From a virus: 59,104 nt of DNA. Positions 19,854 to 28,690 of this stretch are shown here, piece by piece (position 1 is the stretch's first letter; the number at the start of each line of letters is the position of its first letter). The stretch lies in UHGV virus genome UHGV-0025827. The stretch is one strand, 5' to 3'. The notes below the pieces were generated by a model that saw nothing but the letters and a program-made list of their open reading frames with translations, had not been told where the DNA came from and ran no database searches. The position numbers and the translations under genes are program-made.

Positions 19854-22112
19854 CTACATGTCACCATACGATGGCCCGCTGGAGAACTCACAGTCCAGTG
19901 GCAGACCAGGCACGAACGGCGGCACTGTCTTCATTGCCAGCTCATAGACAGCTCTCACTTTGTCACGCAGCTCCTTGCGGAACACGCTAAACCATTCATC
20001 GTGTACGTTGCCTTTGACCGGGATAACGTCATGGATGCGCACTGCCTGCCAGGTAAGGATGGTAAACGCCAGCGCCTGGATCAAGTTCTCTGTCAGCGAG
20101 CCGCCATAGATATGCTTCGTCATACCGTTCTTACCTTTGTGCTCGCGGAACCGGAACTTCACATAGCCAGTGTCGTCTTCTTTGTACGTCTCCAGGTACG
20201 GGTACACCAGCCATTCGCCGTTCGGCAGCTGGATACCTGGTGCTGGCTCGCCAAAGATTTCGTGCTTGCCATCGAAGTAGAACAGGCAACCATCCGGGCC
20301 ACCGAAGTAACCCTGCTCGCCCTGGCACATCTTACCCAGCACCCACTCGCACATGTCCCAAAAGCCTTTGATGCGCTGGTGGGTCTGACGGTATACCCAG
20401 TTAATACGCTTCGATTCTTTGAGGTGGAAGTCCTGAAGATACTGGTTGTATTCCAGCTCCAGCACGCGCTTGTTGGCGATGATGTGTGACGGCTGTAGCT
20501 TCAGCCACTCCATCACCTGCTCGCGGGACGGCTTCAGTGTGATGCCTTCCTGGCGCAGCGTCAGGGCGAACTTGTTTCCGCTCATCTGATAGCCACTCCC
20601 TAGGATGGTCTTCTTACCCATGAAGCGCATGAAGAACAGGTCAGCCTGCTTCTTCTTGTCCTCACCTTCGAGGCCGTGCGAATCCATCTTAGCCCACTTG
20701 CGTATCTCAGCAGCCGGGACACCGTAGATGATCTCCCCCATGTGGGAGTACGGGTCACCGCCTGTGGCGAAGATGTTCAGCAGCGATGTTTCCTGTGCAG
20801 CGTAGGCCAGGCAACGTGCTTCAACCTGGCTGGAGTCAGCGCCGCCTATCTCGTATCCATCCGGTGCTTCCATCGAATAGCGCAGGGTCTTATCACCCTT
20901 GTGCTTCGGCAGGTTCTGCTGGTTCAGGCCATCGTCTGCACCGTAGCGGTGAGTACGGGCGTTCGCATACTGAAGCGCGAACACGAACAGGCCACGTTCA
21001 GCGCAGTCCAGGAAGCGCAGCGTGCGTGACTCTGCCTGGCTGCTGTTGTTATCCATGCGAGCGGTCACCAGTGCCTGCACGCGCTCGTCCCAATGGGTAG
21101 CCAGCTCGGCAAACGCGGTGTCTTTCACAGCGAAGGCGTAATCCATAACCGGTTCTGCCGCCCACTGGTCCCAGGTCTTGCCTTCCTTCTCCAGCTGCGC
21201 CAGGAACTTCGGCGTCTTCATCTTCGCTACCCAGGCCGGGTCGCTCAGGTTCGCCCGCTTCTTCTCCGTAGCCTTCAGCGACTCCTTCATCGGCGGCTCG
21301 ACACCAACGGCGCGGAGCAGCTCGGCGAACTTCGCCTTCGAACGCAGCAGCTTCATGAACGCTGGGACACCATCGCAGCCATGCTCGCGGGCCATGCTTG
21401 CCAGTGTCTCCTGGCGGCGCTTCATCAGCGCAGCATGGTAGTCCTTCAGCATCTGGCTGTTCAGCCGTATCGCAGGACGCGTGTACATCTGGAGCGTCAT
21501 GTTGCTGGCACGCAGTGTGTCCGGTGGACACTCAGGCAGAAGTATCATTGCCGCCGCGTATAATATTATGGTGTCCGTGCGGCAGTAGCCCATGTAACGC
21601 ATCTTGAATGCTTCGGTCATGTCCTCCAGGCGCAGCCCGTTCGCGTTCTCTACCTCGTGCCCCTTCGCGGGTATCGGGTAGCCCTTGCTACGCAGGAAGT
21701 CAGCCAGCGCACGCAGGCTCTCACCGATGATGCGGGACAGGCCAGTGATGCGCATCATGTGCATGGTGCAGACCAGCATGTTAAAGCGTATGCCCATCGC
21801 CATCTCACCAACACAGCCGTCGAAGCGGGCGTTGTGCGCCACCGTCAGGACGCCAGGCTGTTCAACACCCAGGTTAATCAGCAGCTGGTAACATGCGTCA
21901 TGCCCCCAGGCTTCGTAGACTGTCACACCATCCACGGTGGCCGTCACGCATATCGTCTGGAAGCGTGGGTCACGGACGTACTTCTCAGTCGTCATGTCCT
22001 TGCTGCCCAGGCTGTATTTGTCTGCGGTGTTGTAGTAGGTTTCAAAGTCGAGTGCGACTACCCGGTGTATCCCCAGGCTAATCAGGTTGTCCGGTAACTT
22101 TGGTTGGTTCAT
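19854..22112 (-). CDS. family A DNA polymerase
   Basis: 752 aa; Pol I motif A (GADSSQVEARCLAYAA, i.e. D.SQ.E.R) and a C-terminal HDE region. Confidence 0.85.
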   Translation of the reverse strand: MNQPKLPDNLISLGIHRVVALDFETYYNTADKYSLGSKDMTTEKYVRDPRFQTICVTATVDGVTVYEAWGHDACYQLLINLGVEQPGVLTVAHNARFDGCVGEMAMGIRFNMLVCTMHMMRITGLSRIIGESLRALADFLRSKGYPIPAKGHEVENANGLRLEDMTEAFKMRYMGYCRTDTIILYAAAMILLPECPPDTLRASNMTLQMYTRPAIRLNSQMLKDYHAALMKRRQETLASMAREHGCDGVPAFMKLLRSKAKFAELLRAVGVEPPMKESLKATEKKRANLSDPAWVAKMKTPKFLAQLEKEGKTWDQWAAEPVMDYAFAVKDTAFAELATHWDERVQALVTARMDNNSSQAESRTLRFLDCAERGLFVFALQYANARTHRYGADDGLNQQNLPKHKGDKTLRYSMEAPDGYEIGGADSSQVEARCLAYAAQETSLLNIFATGGDPYSHMGEIIYGVPAAEIRKWAKMDSHGLEGEDKKKQADLFFMRFMGKKTILGSGYQMSGNKFALTLRQEGITLKPSREQVMEWLKLQPSHIIANKRVLELEYNQYLQDFHLKESKRINWVYRQTHQRIKGFWDMCEWVLGKMCQGEQGYFGGPDGCLFYFDGKHEIFGEPAPGIQLPNGEWLVYPYLETYKEDDTGYVKFRFREHKGKNGMTKHIYGGSLTENLIQALAFTILTWQAVRIHDVIPVKGNVHDEWFSVFRKELRDKVRAVYELAMKTVPPFVPGLPLDCEFSSGPSYGDM

Positions 22113-22120
22113 GTTGCCCT

Positions 22121-22150
22121 CGAAAGAAAGGCAGGCCGAAGCCTGCCTGG
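22121..22150 (-). terminator. rho-independent terminator/attenuator between an early ORF and the DNA polymerase gene
   Basis: Minus-strand reading GGCAGGC-TTCG-GCCTGCC followed by TTTCTTTC, immediately after the TAA of the upstream gene. Confidence 0.65.
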
Positions 22151-22153
22151 TGG

Positions 22154-22366
22154 TTATACTCTGATAGCGTTGCGCAGTCGGATATCCAGGATAGTCCGGT
22201 ACTGTTCCATCGCCAGGTACTGCTGTCGTAACAGCATACGATCTTCTACCAGGAGCGCATCGAACGCCGGGTTGCGGAAGATATATTCATTCAGCTTACC
22301 CATCTTCGCCGACAACTCGTCTCGCTCCTGTCCGAGTCGAATCAACCAGTCTGGTACACCATCCAT
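22154..22366 (-). CDS. hypothetical protein
   Basis: 70 aa from ATG 22366 (AAGGAG RBS, overlapping the DHH gene stop); the longer 107-aa form is rejected. Confidence 0.55.
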   Translation of the reverse strand: MDGVPDWLIRLGQERDELSAKMGKLNEYIFRNPAFDALLVEDRMLLRQQYLAMEQYRTILDIRLRNAIRV

Positions 22367-22367
22367 A

Positions 22368-23411
22368 TCACGACTCCTTATTACCCGGCTCGTGGTGTAG
22401 CGCTCCGTAGAATGCCTGCGCTTCGTCTGACAGCATGTCGCTAAACTCCACGCCAGACGCTGCCTGGTGCCCGCCACCGCCGTACTGCTTCAGCAGGGTG
22501 GGCAGGTCAACGCCGTCCTTGCGTGCCCGGAACGACCACTTCACGCGGCCATACTCCGGTACGTGATACCCCGCCGCCGCGTCAATGTCCGGGTGCTTCT
22601 CCAGCAGCTGGTGACACACGTCGCTCACCATGAACCACGCACAGTTCACCACGGCGATGCGGATACCGTTGAAGGAGTAGAACGACACGTTGTTATCCTG
22701 GGTCAGCGCGTCAACGTTCTTGTTGTGCGCACGCAGGATAGCCATGCCTTCTGTCTCCAGGTCCACGCAGCCATCGTCGCCCGTGTCGAACTGGTCCCAT
22801 ACACGGAAGTCCATGTCGTAGCTGTACACTGCCGCCGCCACAGCTTTCGTATCGGGGAACTGGAAGCGCCACAGGTCACGGTCTTCGATACGAATCAGGA
22901 ACGCGGGCGGCACTGTGCCGTTGTGATAGTGCTTCCACGCCAGCACGCAGCCGCTGTAGTCGTTATCGAACACGATATGCTCAGGGATACCCTGGCCGAT
23001 GCACGCCTGCCGTGCTGCCTCCAGCTCGCTCTCAGCGCCCTTGTGGTGGTCCAGGTATGTCACGCAGCGCATGACGTTGGTCAGCCTGTTGAACAGCTCG
23101 TAGGGCAGACTGAAGTCCACGATGTGGATATCCACATGGAAGGTGTCCAGTCCGGTCACCAGCTTCTCTACCACTGACTCCCGGTCACCATAAGTCACAG
23201 GCACGTACAAGATATCTGCATTGCCAAAGTGCTCGGCCAGCGCAGCCTGGTGGATAGCCCACGCAGCACCGAAGCCATCCGCACAGAACGCGTGGTAGAT
23301 GACAACATGCTGGCGCGGGCGCGACTCGCCTTCGTTGGCGTAGCTAACCAGACGGGAGCCAGTCAGCTCCCCCTCCAGGTTAACCAGATTCATTAATGCA
23401 CTCTCGCGCAT
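22368..23411 (-). CDS. DHH-family phosphoesterase (probable exonuclease)
   Basis: 347 aa from ATG 23411 (GAGG RBS); contains DHH (YLDHHKG) and Asp-rich motifs. Confidence 0.7.
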   Translation of the reverse strand: MRESALMNLVNLEGELTGSRLVSYANEGESRPRQHVVIYHAFCADGFGAAWAIHQAALAEHFGNADILYVPVTYGDRESVVEKLVTGLDTFHVDIHIVDFSLPYELFNRLTNVMRCVTYLDHHKGAESELEAARQACIGQGIPEHIVFDNDYSGCVLAWKHYHNGTVPPAFLIRIEDRDLWRFQFPDTKAVAAAVYSYDMDFRVWDQFDTGDDGCVDLETEGMAILRAHNKNVDALTQDNNVSFYSFNGIRIAVVNCAWFMVSDVCHQLLEKHPDIDAAAGYHVPEYGRVKWSFRARKDGVDLPTLLKQYGGGGHQAASGVEFSDMLSDEAQAFYGALHHEPGNKES

Positions 23412-23418
23412 GGTTACC

Positions 23419-23697
23419 TCACAGGTCAACGCGGCGAATAACCGCGTCCAGGTTAGTGATGACACTCTCCACTTCGCGCTCCAGCACACGGAGATCTTCA
23501 TACAGCGGAGACAGTGGTTGGTACGGAGCCTTCGGCGCTTCTGCACAGCCCACTGGCTCAGGGAGCGGCTCAAGCAGCACCGGGTTAATCTTCTGCACCA
23601 GCGCACTGGACACGCTGCTCAGGCTGTTGATTGTGTTGCGCAGACGGTCAAGCTGCTGCGCTACGTTACCCACTTTCATGTCGTTACATTCCATCAT
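23419..23697 (-). CDS. hypothetical coiled-coil protein
   Basis: 92 aa; start overlaps the ParB-like gene stop (ATGA). Confidence 0.5.
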   Translation of the reverse strand: MMECNDMKVGNVAQQLDRLRNTINSLSSVSSALVQKINPVLLEPLPEPVGCAEAPKAPYQPLSPLYEDLRVLEREVESVITNLDAVIRRVDL

Positions 23698-24638
23698 TTG
23701 CTCGCCTCATGTTTGCTAAGAAAGTCCAGGATGATCTCCTGCATCCCACGCAACTCGCGCCAGCTGCCAGCAGGACAACGGAGCGTCAGGCTCTGGTCCG
23801 CCGCAGCCGTCTCGACGTTTGCGTTACTACCCTGGTCCACCAGCTCGACGTTCGGCAGGTGAGCCATCAGTGCCTTCAGGTAGACACGGGCGCGGCGTTC
23901 TTCTGCCTCGTCCTCTACCTCTGCCTGCACACGCTTCAGGCGCTTCTCTGTGATGCGCTCCTTACGTGTCTTGAACTTCTGTCCCTCCTGCTTCTCAGCA
24001 GGCTTCTTGCTCTTGCCAGCAGGCGCTGGTGCCGCCGCAGCGTTGACCTGCTTCGCTTCCTTCAGTGCGGCCAGCACCTTGTCCGGCCCCAGGCTACGCG
24101 CCATGTTGATAACTGGAGTGGCGGCAACATCCCCCGCCTCAATCATCGCCATGACTTCCTCGCCGGACATAGCCAGCAGCAGGTGGTTGGCTACGGTGCC
24201 TTCGGAAGCGCCAGTCTCGCGGGCGATCTCCGCATTGCTGTAGCCAGCATTACGCATACGCAAGAACGCGGTGGCGTTCTCTACTGCGGTGCCCTTGCTG
24301 CCCTGGTTGAAACGCCATGCGGCGAACAGGCGTTCCTTCTTCGAGCCAGAAAACTCCGTCATCGGAATCTTCTTCACGCCCGCCTCGATAGCAGCACGCA
24401 CACGGTGCTCACCATCGACCAGCTCCAGCTCGTCATTGTCACCCAGCGCCACCAGGACAGGCGGTACATCCTTACCGTCCAGGTACATCTGCTTGAACAT
24501 CTCGACGCGCTCCGGGTCTACCTTACGGTAGTTGTGCCCGGTCACAATCTTAATGTTCTTCGGTGGCGCAGAGAATGCCTTCGCTGCGGTCATGCCCTGC
24601 TTGTCGCCCTTGTCGTATTTGGTTCCCAGCTTCGCCAT
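23694..24638 (-). CDS. ParB/Srx-like nuclease-domain protein with a C-terminal HTH-like region
   Basis: 314 aa; GGAGAAG RBS; ParB N-terminal motif VDGEHRVRAA (DGxHR); Lys/Ala-rich C-terminus. Confidence 0.75.
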   Translation of the reverse strand: MAKLGTKYDKGDKQGMTAAKAFSAPPKNIKIVTGHNYRKVDPERVEMFKQMYLDGKDVPPVLVALGDNDELELVDGEHRVRAAIEAGVKKIPMTEFSGSKKERLFAAWRFNQGSKGTAVENATAFLRMRNAGYSNAEIARETGASEGTVANHLLLAMSGEEVMAMIEAGDVAATPVINMARSLGPDKVLAALKEAKQVNAAAAPAPAGKSKKPAEKQEGQKFKTRKERITEKRLKRVQAEVEDEAEERRARVYLKALMAHLPNVELVDQGSNANVETAAADQSLTLRCPAGSWRELRGMQEIILDFLSKHEASK

Positions 24639-25015
24639 TATTCTTCTCCGTCTTCTTCGACTTCGAAGTTGATACCTTCAGGCAGCGCCGCTACCTCGTC
24701 CGGTGTCATCTTCGCATACTTACGTGCGGTGGATGCAGGCACACCAGATGCCTTCGCCACCTCCGACCAGCTGGCCGCGCCGCCTTCATCGTTCAGGCAA
24801 GCCTGCACGCGGGACCAGTCTGCCTTGTTCAGCGGACGGCGCGTGTGCTTTTTCTTCTCGACGAACGGCCCTTCTTTCTTCTCGTACATATCCAGCAGGG
24901 GCATCAGTCGTGCGATGACTTCCTTCTGGTTCTTGTACGGGATGCTCATGAACTTAACGAAGGTATCCGTCAGCTGGGTAACCTTCTTCTCAAGCTCGGC
25001 TATGCGTTGTTCCAT
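24638..25015 (-). CDS. hypothetical protein
   Basis: 125 aa; GAGGA RBS; acidic C-terminus. Confidence 0.55.
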   Translation of the reverse strand: MEQRIAELEKKVTQLTDTFVKFMSIPYKNQKEVIARLMPLLDMYEKKEGPFVEKKKHTRRPLNKADWSRVQACLNDEGGAASWSEVAKASGVPASTARKYAKMTPDEVAALPEGINFEVEEDGEE

Positions 25016-25025
25016 CGTGGTGTCC

Positions 25026-25391
25026 TCAGTTCAGTGTCTTGTTAATAACCTGTGCAGTAGCACGACGCACGTCACGGTTGGTTGCCTTGTTCACATAGAA
25101 CACAACCTTCGTGTCGCTGTAGAGTCGAGCAACCTTAGCCAGCCACAGCATCGCCGCCACGTAACGCTCCGCAGGAACGGTAGCAGCCATGACAGTCTCA
25201 ACACTCCAGGCAGGCGAACCATCCGGCGTGGTCAACGGCTCGGCGTTGCCCTCCAGAATCATCTTCAGCTTATCCAGTTCGCCAGCCATGAGTGGCAGTG
25301 CAGTTGGTGGCAGGTCGCCCTTTGTAGCAATTGCTACGTGCCCTGACGCCCACATGTAGGCGACGGGTACGGAAGGTTTCTTCTCAGCCAT
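25026..25391 (-). CDS. hypothetical protein
   Basis: 121 aa; start overlaps the upstream stop. Confidence 0.55.
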   Translation of the reverse strand: MAEKKPSVPVAYMWASGHVAIATKGDLPPTALPLMAGELDKLKMILEGNAEPLTTPDGSPAWSVETVMAATVPAERYVAAMLWLAKVARLYSDTKVVFYVNKATNRDVRRATAQVINKTLN

Positions 25392-25639
25392 CAGTGTTTC
25401 CTGTATTCCTTGTTGTAGGTTTCGTGTGAGTACAGCGTGAACATCTCACACCCGGTACGGCGGTACAGGCGATAGCGTGGTCCAACATTCAGTGACTCGC
25501 CACGACCAGAACCGTGCCGCTTGGGGCGGCATTCACCTGTCACTACTGCACGTAGAACTTCGCGTGCCTTCTGGTGAACTCGTTCCGGTATGCCCTTACC
25601 GTGTTCGTAAACTATACACTCTGTGTTTACCATAATCAA
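25391..25639 (-). CDS. RelE/ParE-like toxin candidate
   Basis: 82 aa; C-terminal ...GPRYRLYRRTGCEMFTLYSHETY... resembles the RelE/ParE core (G.YRLvY...vgHRkdvY); lies downstream of an XRE-type HTH gene. Confidence 0.4.
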   Translation of the reverse strand: MIMVNTECIVYEHGKGIPERVHQKAREVLRAVVTGECRPKRHGSGRGESLNVGPRYRLYRRTGCEMFTLYSHETYNKEYRKH

Positions 25640-25662
25640 TTGCCCTTTGTGTCTGTGCCCAT

Positions 25663-25691
25663 AATCTTATGGGGGCCGCAACCCCCATAAT
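25663..25691. promoter_or_regulatory. intergenic hairpin (9-bp G5/C5 stem) flanked by motif copies
   Basis: TTATGGGGG-ccgcaa-CCCCCATAA; CATAATGTTATG at 25686..25697 and CATAATCAATTG at 25631; sits between the HTH gene and the RelE-like gene. Confidence 0.5.
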
Positions 25692-25692
25692 G

Positions 25693-25911
25693 TTATGACC
25701 GCAGCTTCTCTACTTCAGTCGCCAGCTCGCCCGGTGTCATGTCCAGTGCTTCAGCCAACTTAAAGAACGTGGACAGGCGAACGTCACGCTTCAGTGTGGT
25801 GTCAAACCCCTGCGGGTGAACGCCCATCTTTTTCGCCAGCCCGTACTTGGACTCGCCGCGCCTGTTTAGCACTGCCTGTACGGCTTCGCGCAGGGGCAGA
25901 CCCTTCTCCAT
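25693..25911 (-). CDS. XRE-family HTH regulator (Cro/antitoxin-like)
   Basis: 72 aa; HTH segment YGLAKKMGVHPQGFDTTLK. Confidence 0.65.
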   Translation of the reverse strand: MEKGLPLREAVQAVLNRRGESKYGLAKKMGVHPQGFDTTLKRDVRLSTFFKLAEALDMTPGELATEVEKLRS

Positions 25912-26206
25912 ATACTTCTTCTCCCGGTTGCAATTTGTAGCGCATCATTAACCCGTTGCTCATATCGCACAGGTTATGCACACGCTGTTCGTTCGAGAAC
26001 GTCTCGACTACAGTCGCCAGCTCACGCGCTGTGTTTACCAGCTCAGTGGGTACGTTCCATACCGCGTAACGACTAAGCATCGCTGGCTTACCACCCTGCG
26101 CAACGCCGACCAGCAGCTCGCGGCGGTTGGCCGCAAGCTCGACGCGCACATAATACCCGTCAAAGCGGGGTGCTTCTCTGTCCATTACAATCATTCTTCT
26201 GCACAC
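25802..26206 (-). CDS. hypothetical protein (3' end overlaps the HTH gene in another frame)
   Basis: 134-aa ORF; about 110 nt overlap with 25693..25911 makes the exact extent uncertain. Confidence 0.35.
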   Translation of the reverse strand: MCRRMIVMDREAPRFDGYYVRVELAANRRELLVGVAQGGKPAMLSRYAVWNVPTELVNTARELATVVETFSNEQRVHNLCDMSNGLMMRYKLQPGEEVYGEGSAPARSRTGSAKQARRVQVRAGEKDGRSPAGV

Positions 26207-26451
26207 CCTAGTTCTTCAATCGCGTTGTCAATGTAGCCGCTGGCGCTCTCCATATAAGAGATCGCATTCTCAGCAGCCTGCCCTTTGTCGCCGTTCTGAA
26301 ACGACTCTGGCATGTTGTCGTAGTAGTCCTGTTCCTCATTAAGCAACGACTCCACTTCATCACGCAGTGTCTCCAGCTTGGCGGCGATCTCCCGGATAGC
26401 TTTGCGTCTTGCCTTATTCATAGACTTCTCCGTGTACGATAGTCTCGGCAT
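26191..26451 (-). CDS. hypothetical protein
   Basis: 86 aa; acidic. Confidence 0.5.
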   Translation of the reverse strand: MPRLSYTEKSMNKARRKAIREIAAKLETLRDEVESLLNEEQDYYDNMPESFQNGDKGQAAENAISYMESASGYIDNAIEELGCAEE

Positions 26452-26656
26452 TCAGTACCACCACAGAAGTCAGGTCCGGCCAGCGGAACCATGCGCCGTC
26501 CTGCAAACGAATCACTTCCGTCTGCCCTTCTGTGCCCTGGTCCGTAGCGATGTACACCTGCTCAAGTGTGTCGTCCAGCTTACGGAGTGGTGTTCCCGGC
26601 TCCGCTTCGTGCAAGTCGATGACCTTGCGTTGTTTATCAGCACGAGTAACTTTCAT
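26414..26656 (-). CDS. hypothetical protein
   Basis: 80 aa from ATG 26656. Confidence 0.45.
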   Translation of the reverse strand: MKVTRADKQRKVIDLHEAEPGTPLRKLDDTLEQVYIATDQGTEGQTEVIRLQDGAWFRWPDLTSVVVLNAETIVHGEVYE

Positions 26657-26657
26657 G

Positions 26658-27335
26658 TTATGCCTTCTTCGTGGTAGGTAAGCCACGCGCTTCGCGCACC
26701 GCGTTCATCGCACGGCGGAAACGCTCCGTTGTCTCAGTCAGCAGGTCAGCCGCGTCGAGTACAGACTGTCCAGCCTCAAGCATCTGGCGCAGCAGCTCCG
26801 GGTCCAGCTCACGCTTCTTAGCCTCGGCCATCTTCTGCATCTGTGCGGCCATCTCAAGCATCTGGTCCGGCGTCAGCTTAGATAAATCCATGTCGTTCTC
26901 CTTCTGGTCTTCAGTGCATTCGTCTACCCACACCGTCATCTCTGGTGCAGGCTCGTTCATGATGTTGTTCGCGGCCACCAGCGCTTCGAGTGGCAGCTCC
27001 AGTGCCGCCTGCTTGCCGATGGTACGCAGCTCGTGAGCACGCTGTGCCCGTTGCATTTCCTCCGCCAGTGTGTGGCGTACCGGACGTTGCGGCACTGGCT
27101 CGTCTTCTGTTATCAGGCGATGCACGCCCTTGCGTGTCGCCACCTTCCCGGCCACGGTCAGCGCGGTAACGATCTCCCGCATCATCCCCTGTCCTTCTTT
27201 CCAGCCGCGCTTACGCAGCACTTCAAACAGCGAGCGGTCATCCGTTGGTCCTGCCTCCAGAATCTTCAGCACCAGTGTTGCTGTGTGGTGACGCTGTTTG
27301 ATGATCTGCCTGGCACGGCGCACGTTCATTGTCAT
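26658..27335 (-). CDS. hypothetical protein
   Basis: 225 aa; helical, charged. Confidence 0.55.
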   Translation of the reverse strand: MTMNVRRARQIIKQRHHTATLVLKILEAGPTDDRSLFEVLRKRGWKEGQGMMREIVTALTVAGKVATRKGVHRLITEDEPVPQRPVRHTLAEEMQRAQRAHELRTIGKQAALELPLEALVAANNIMNEPAPEMTVWVDECTEDQKENDMDLSKLTPDQMLEMAAQMQKMAEAKKRELDPELLRQMLEAGQSVLDAADLLTETTERFRRAMNAVREARGLPTTKKA

Positions 27336-28189
27336 AACTTAAAGTCCTGGTATTCTTGTGGTGCTTCTGGTGAACCACTGTTCGGTAAGATGTGCAGCGC
27401 AGCCTCCCAACGGTTCTCAGCAATCACCATCCTGTCCTTACACAGATGACTACGGCGATAGAAGTCAGCCATCCCCGGTGTCATCGCCCATCGCATCCCC
27501 TCACCGTTCGGTGACCACGGAGCGTGGTCACGCGCCAGCACTTCCCGCCAGTCCGCACGGTCAACACGAGCAACGATGCGGTGGCGGCGTGATATAATCG
27601 CGTACCCTTCGAAGCGGAGTTGGTGAAGCGACCTGTTCGGGTCACGTACCAGCCGCTCTATCTCTCGGACATGCCTGTTGGTGCTGCGTGCGCTCTGTAG
27701 TTTACCCACATGGACAGGTAAGTTAGCCAGCCAGTCCGGCAACATGAAGCGATGGCGGTCTTCCAGCCACCCCATGCCACGCAGCACATCACACAGGTCG
27801 ATGGCGTGTCCGCCCTTGCCTGCCAGCTTAGGCCGCAGCCGTGTCTTATAAACATAGTTGGTCCACTTGGCACGCCAGCCGATGGTGTCCTTGTGTACCA
27901 GCCCCAGCAATTGCAGGCGTGCCTCAATCGAACCAACGGTACGCCCCTGCACCCGCGCCAGCTCCGCCAGCGACACGCCCGGATGGATGCCCGCCAGCAG
28001 GTCACGGTAATCCTTCTCCGTCCAGTAGCTGTTAACCCGGCAGGCAGTACCGCCAGCAGGTAACCCCTTCACCTTCTTCTGTGATGCCTGAAACGCCAGC
28101 CACTTCAGGTTCTCAACCACACGCCCGCGTGGCTGTTTGTTGCCTGCCCTGTATGCCGCTATCAATACAGATAGTATAGTCCCGGCCAT
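27332..28189 (-). CDS. hypothetical protein
   Basis: 285 aa; Arg/Trp-rich. Confidence 0.55.
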   Translation of the reverse strand: MAGTILSVLIAAYRAGNKQPRGRVVENLKWLAFQASQKKVKGLPAGGTACRVNSYWTEKDYRDLLAGIHPGVSLAELARVQGRTVGSIEARLQLLGLVHKDTIGWRAKWTNYVYKTRLRPKLAGKGGHAIDLCDVLRGMGWLEDRHRFMLPDWLANLPVHVGKLQSARSTNRHVREIERLVRDPNRSLHQLRFEGYAIISRRHRIVARVDRADWREVLARDHAPWSPNGEGMRWAMTPGMADFYRRSHLCKDRMVIAENRWEAALHILPNSGSPEAPQEYQDFKL

Positions 28190-28192
28190 GTC

Positions 28193-28381
28193 TTACTCCG
28201 CTGGTTCGCACTTGTGTACCATGCTGGAGGTGTCCACCCCAGCGCCCACGGCGTTAACGCCAGTCATCACCCATGCTGTAGGGTCCAGACTCGTCGTGCA
28301 TTTCTCACCCTTACTGTTGGTGTAGTTCACGCAACCAGTAAGGGCGATGGCAAGCACTGCCACCATCGCCATCTTAAACAT
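28193..28381 (-). CDS. small lipoprotein (superinfection-exclusion candidate)
   Basis: 62 aa; signal peptide plus lipobox (AIALTGC) then a Cys-containing mature peptide. Confidence 0.55.
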   Translation of the reverse strand: MFKMAMVAVLAIALTGCVNYTNSKGEKCTTSLDPTAWVMTGVNAVGAGVDTSSMVHKCEPAE

Positions 28382-28444
28382 GCTGCCTCCTATGTGGTCA
28401 GCCCGCTAATGATAAGCAGGATAACCAGTGTGATAATCACCGCC

Positions 28445-28690
28445 TCAAGCGGCGGAAGAATCGGTTTCTTTTTCATCCAGCATCCCCTGCTCGTGCAGTT
28501 TCAGGAGCAGCGTGTACTGTGACCGCACGCTGCAAATCAGGAGATACCGCACCACGTTCGCGAACGCAGACGTGTCGTCATCGTGCAGCAGCTCCACCAC
28601 ATCGTTGCCGCCCGTGTTGTTGAACATCAGGAAATACTTTTCCATCCACGGATGCACCGGGTACAGCTCACTTGCTCTTGGCATCGCCAT
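28445..28690 (-). CDS. hypothetical protein
   Basis: 81 aa from ATG 28690, overlapping the upstream gene end. Confidence 0.45.
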   Translation of the reverse strand: MAMPRASELYPVHPWMEKYFLMFNNTGGNDVVELLHDDDTSAFANVVRYLLICSVRSQYTLLLKLHEQGMLDEKETDSSAA

